A stretch of DNA of 64,000 nucleotides from Ministeria vibrans ATCC 50519 (Eukaryota > Protista > Filasterea), in NCBI GenBank assembly GCA_943704425.1, contig CALSCP010002236.1, positions 1 to 64,000 of the forward strand, read 5' to 3'. Below, in pieces: positions 58,901-64,000 of this stretch. How positions within the stretch are numbered: position 1 is the first letter of the stretch; each line of letters starts with the position of its first letter. The notes below the pieces were generated by a model that saw only the letters and a list, made by a program, of their open reading frames with translations, did no database searches and had not been told where the DNA came from. The translations under genes were made by a program, and so were the position numbers.

Positions 58901-61900
58901 TGCGAAGGCCACACACAACGCCTTGCGACGCCACAAGCGTACCAGAAGCGATAGGTGATGCCAGCGTAAATGTGTTGCCAAAGCCCGTCCCACCAAAGTC
59001 TGTGTAGTCGCGACCCCAGCAGATAGTGGTGCCGTCGGCCTGACGACCGCACGCAAAGTCGCCACCCGCAACTGTTTCGACGAATCCTGCTCCACCGTTG
59101 ACCACGGCAAGCTGCGAGAAGGAATTGGTGCCGCCCCAACAACGGAGAATGCCGTCCACCTGGGCAATGGCGCATGTGAGTGAAAAGCCCGCGGAAAAGT
59201 AGGTGCATGCTCCGTCAAGGGTGTCAATCGACGACTCGGAGCAACTTCCGCCGTGCTGGCAGGGTGTCGACGAGCATTCGTCAAGATCACTTTCACAGTG
59301 GGCACCGGTGAAACCGGTGGCACAGGTGCAAAAGAATGCATTGATGTTGTTGACACACGTGGCACCATTGATGCAGGGTGTCGACTGACACTCGTCCACC
59401 TCTGTTTCGCAGCTTGTGCCGACGTAGCCGGCAACACACACACACACAGACGAACCAATGCCGTCCTGGCATGTGGCACCGTTTTGACATGAATGTCCCA
59501 GGCAATCGTCTACGTTGGTCTCACACACAACGCCCGTGAACCCGGTGGCGCATGTGCATGCGTAGTTGTCGACCGCATCGACGCAAGTGCCACCGTTGGC
59601 GCACGGTGTTGATGCACACTCATCGACATTGGTCTCGCATTGGACACCGGTGAAGCCGGGAAAACAGCCGCACTGGAAGGCGTCCACAAAGTTGAAGCAG
59701 GCTCCATTGATGCAGGGAGACGACGAGCACTCGTCAATGAGCGTCTCGCAGAGTACGCCCGTCACGCCTGCCGGACAGGTGCAGGTAAAGCCGTCGACAA
59801 GGCCAACACACGTGGCGCCGTTTGTGCACGGCAGCGACGCACACTCATCGATGTCGCCGTTGCAGGTGACGCCGAAAAAGCCAGCGGCACACGCACATTC
59901 AAAACTACTAACACCGTCGGTGCATGACGCACCGTTCGAACAAGGGCTTGACGCACACTCGTCGACGTTTGTTTCGCAGTGGACGCCCACGTAGCCCTCG
60001 ACACACTGACACGAGTACTGGGCAACGTCGTCGACACACGTGGCACCATTTTGGCAGGGCATCGAAGAGCACTCGTCCACCACCGTCTCGCAAAGAGCTC
60101 CCGTGACACCAACGGGACAGGTGCACACATATGCGTCAACCAGATTTGCACACGAGGCGCCATTGGAACACGGCGACGAGGCACACTCGTCGACCTCCGA
60201 CTCACACGCGTCTCCTGTAAAGCCCGATGCACAAAGACACACAAAACCATCGACGTCGTCGACACACGTGGCGGCATTGGAGCACGGCAACGAAATGCAC
60301 TCGTCAATGTCCGTTTCGCAATGGACGCCCGTGTAGCCGGCGGCACACACGCACGCGTACGAGAAGTCGCCGTCAACACAGCCGGCGCCGTTTGAGCAGG
60401 GCGACGAGACGCACTCGTCAATGTTTGTTTCGCACGCAATACCATTGAATCCATTGAGACAGGCACAGGTGTATCCATCAATCAAGTCGGTACAGGTACC
60501 GCCATTGTGACACGGTGTTGAGTCACACTCGTTGATGTCAGTGTCACACTGGGTTCCGGTGAAACCACTGGCGCACACGCAGCTGAATCCGGCGACAAGA
60601 TCCGAGCAGGTGGCACCGTTTGAGCAGGGCGACGACAGACACTCGACCGCCTCGACGGCACAGTCGACGCCGTTGAATCCCGTGGCGCAGTCGCAAGTGT
60701 AGCTGTTGACACCGTCGACACACGTGGCGCCGTTGCTGCACGGTGACGAGGAACACTCGTCGACATTGCTCTCACACGTGACTCCCGCGAAACCCGAATG
60801 ACACGTACACAAAAACCCATCAATAGAATCGGTACAGGTGGCAGCATTGGCACACGGCGACGAGCCGCACTCGTCAACGTTGACATTGCACGAGGCACTC
60901 TAGTACCCCGCGACACAGGCGCACACAAAGCCGTTGACGGCGTCGGAACACGTGCCGCCGTTTTGGCAGGGCTGCGAAAGGCACTCGTCGAGGTCCGTCT
61001 CGCAGAGGAGGCCCTCGTAGCCCGAGGGACACACACACTGGTAGAAATCGGTGAGAGGCACCTCGGAGATGTCGCGGTACTTGAAGGTTGGGCCAAAGTA
61101 CTTGAACGAGCCCGACGACTGTGGGTTGCCGCAAAAGGACAGCGAGTTGGCATTGCACAGGTTTCCACCAGTCCAGGTCATGTCGGAGCTTGAGGCAAAC
61201 GTGACGGTGCTTGTGTCAAACTCAAACTGATCGTTGGCACCTTGGATGCTGAAAAATGCCACGATAGTAAAGGTGCCACTCGAGGCGAGTGTCACGTCGT
61301 TGCCGAGCACAGACACGTAGCGGAATTGACCGTCAAGGGACGCTGAGGTGCCGGCGGGCACAGAGGCCGAGACAAGGAGTGCGCCGCTGCCGCTGTCGTA
61401 GATGCCAATGGAGTGGGGAAAGGCAAGGCCGTCTTGGTTGTGGTCATAGAGGCCCAGTTCGCTGATGAGAAGCGCCTTGCTCGTGGTGAAGGTCCAACCG
61501 TACACGCGATCGACTGTGCCGGGTGCGGCGGTCGACACGCCGAACGGAACAAAACTTTGGACGGCCGCGTTGTCGACAATCAGCGTCGACGTAGCCTTGC
61601 ACTGTCCACCGTTCGAACAAGGGCTCGACGCACACTCATCGACGTCACTTTCACACTGGTCGCCGACGAAGCCGGTGGGACACGCACACGAAAATTCGTC
61701 GACACCGTCGGAACAGGTGGCACCGTTGACACACGGGCTTGAAGCGCACTCGTCGACATCACTCTCACAGACGTCGCCAACAAAGCCGCTGGCGCAGACA
61801 CACTGAAAGAGATTCAGCGTAGGTGTCGCGCAAGTGGCCCCATTGGAGCAAGGGCTTGATGCACACTCGTCAATATCCGTTTCACATTGAGTGCCGGTAA

Positions 61901-64000
61901 AACCATCGATGCAAGTACACTGAAACAGATTTGCCGAGCCCCCCTGCGAGCAGGTAGCACCATTGGAGCAGGGAGACGAGGCACACTCGTCCATGTCAGA
62001 CTCGCAGTGGGTACCGGTGAACCCCCCAAGGCAGACACACTCGTAGGCGTTGGCAATCGTGCCCTGGACACAGTTGGCGCCATTGAGGCAGGGCGCCGAA
62101 AGACACTCGTCCACCTCAAGGTGGCAGTTGTCACCGGCAAAACCGGCAACGCACTGACACTGCCAGTGGTTTGCCTGGCCATTGTCGATACAGCTGCCGC
62201 CATTGGAGCAGGGCGACGAGACGCATTCGTCCACGTCCGACTCACAATGGACGCCCACGAATCCATCGGCACACATACACGCGTACAAGTCGGCCGTCTG
62301 ACTGACGGTACAGGTGGCGCCGTTGGAGCAAGGAGACGAGGCACACTCATCAATGTCCGACTCGCAATTTGTTCCGGTAAAACCCGAGACGCAGCTGCAC
62401 ATGTAAAACTCCACGGTTGTCGACTGCGAGCAGGTAGCACCGTTGGTGCAAGGTGATGAAGCACACTCGTCAATGTCCGATTCGCAAACGGTTCCGGTAA
62501 AACCAGGCGCACACACGCACGCATAGGAGGCGAGCGACGTCCCTTGCGAGCAAGTCGCACCATTGGCGCACGGCGACGAAGCGCACTCGTCAATGTCCGA
62601 TTCGCAAACGGTGCCGGTGAAGCCGGCGGCACACACGCACGTGAACACGTCCGCAACAGCATTTGTGTCGACGCAGGTGGCACCATTGGCACAAGGCGAC
62701 GAGGCGCACTCGTCGACAAACTGGTCGCACTGAGAGCCGGTAAAGCCCGCAACGCAAGCGCACGCGTAGGCGTTTGGAGATGAAGGTGTCGTCGAGCAAG
62801 AGGCGCCATTGGTGCATGGTGACGAAGCACACTCGTCAACATCACTGTCGCACAGCGTGCCAAAGTATCCGGCGCTGCAGAGACAGTCAAAGCGCGCAAG
62901 TTGAACGGGATCGTCGACACACGAGGCACCGTTGGAGCAGGGCGACGAGGCACACTCGTCAATTTTCGACTCGCAACTGATGCCCGTTGTTCCGAGGGGA
63001 CAAAGACACTGGTGAGAGTCGAGTCCATCCAGACAGGTGCCACCGAAAAAGCAGGGCTTTGAGGCACAGTCGTCGGGATTGGTCGAGCACGTCGCGTCGG
63101 AAAAGCCGGTGGCGCAAGAGCAGCTGTAGCTGTCAATCAAGTCCACGCATGTGCCAGAATTCTGACAGGGATTCGATGCACAGTCGTCAATGTTTGTCTC
63201 GCACAAGATACCGGTCAGGCCGGCAGGACAGGCACACGTGAATCCGTTGACAATGTCATTGCAGGTGGCAAGCTGACTGCAGGGTGTCGAGGCGCACTCG
63301 TCAATGTTGGTCGAGCACACACTGTCCGTGTAGCCCGGAACACAGGCACAAGTAAAGCCATCGACCGTGTCGGTACAGGCTGCGCCGTTGGCACACGGCG
63401 ACGAGGCACACTCGTTCATTTCGCTCTGGCACACGACGCCGCTGAATCCCGATGCACAGGTGCACGCAAAGCCATCGATCCCGTCGACACATGTCGCACC
63501 ATTGGAGCAGGGTGACGAAGCACACTCGTTCATTTCGCTCTGACACGCAACACCGGTGAAGCCGGAAGCGCAGGTACAGGTGTAGCCATCGACATTGTCG
63601 GTACACGTCGCGCCATTTGAACAGGGAGACGACGCACACTCATCAATGTCCGACTCGCACGTGACGCCGGTAAAGCCCGCGTGGCACGCGCACGAAAACC
63701 CGTCGACAGCGTCGGTGCATGTTGCAGCGTTTGTGCAGGGAGACGAGGCGCATTCGTCCATATTCGATTCGCAGGTAACACCGGTAAAGCCCGAGTGACA
63801 CGCGCAAGAAAAGCCGTCGACGGCATCCGTACACGTCGCGGCGTTGGTACAGGGGGACGAGGCGCACTCGTCCATGTCCGACTCGCATGCGACTCCGGTG
63901 AAGCCTGAGTGACAGGTACACGTGAAACCGTCGACGGCATCCGTACACGTCGCGGCGTTGGAGCAAGGAGACGAGGCGCACTCGTTGATGTCCGACTCAC
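43905..64000 (-). CDS. Giant single-pass membrane protein (>6,600 codons, 5' end off window): about 47 Notch-type cbEGF repeats, a beta-sandwich insert, an RCC1-like propeller, 3x [IgGFc-binding N domain + acidic DNDCDG loop + HYR-like + tandem He_PIG/Ig], TM, cytoplasmic tail; one in-frame TAG at 60900-60902
   Basis: Two ORF-track entries in the same frame separated by one TAG. DECxSxPCxNGxTC repeats, GKEFVVAFMSN/GHECANVP/HLVEQL motifs, PxGMTIDxxTGxIxW repeats, TM followed by CWCCCC and a basic stop-transfer. Confidence 0.9.

Noticed and set aside
60900-60902. Genome-wide TAG reassignment, or a micro-intron removing the stop
   Set aside because: TAG terminates other genes here; the local GT..AG spans only 7 nt and removing it breaks the frame.
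57130-64000. Notch orthologue call
   Set aside because: No LNR, NOD or ankyrin domains.

Overview
Eukaryotic, gene-dense, GC-rich coding DNA with short GT-AG introns that often hold microsatellites. Gene content (NPHP1, intersectin-type PH-C2, FG-GAP+EGF protein, Notch-type EGF arrays) suggests a flagellated unicellular holozoan; this is inference. All gene models were spliced by eye and family calls come from recalled motifs, not database searches. Recognisable genes: a PA14+GH63-like glycosidase, SEC61G, ATG14-like, UBE2S, RPL36, DNAJC13/RME-8, an ER-type LRR protein, NDUFC2-like, a secreted FG-GAP/EGF protein, an ABCA transporter, NPHP1 and a >6,600-codon intronless EGF/RCC1/IgGFc-binding/Ig membrane protein. 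There is also a 5'-truncated LINE fragment. Two things stand out. (1) RME-8 lies in three separate, phase-compatible pieces (6111-6185, 13246-20495, 39951-40570). These are interleaved with about ten other genes and with orphan halves of CK1, intersectin and a PX gene. The apparent switch points are two 27-nt poly-A tracts and GT microsatellites, and each N-gap lies in one of the two giant 'introns'. Chimeric assembly with transcript-guided scaffolding is the most likely cause; real gene splitting is not excluded. (2) The giant receptor carries whole domains inserted between Cys3 and Cys4 of EGF repeats, one in-frame TAG, and a tail with PP1-type and tyrosine motifs. A 68-aa three-exon APC16-like micro-gene missed by the ORF track was also found.
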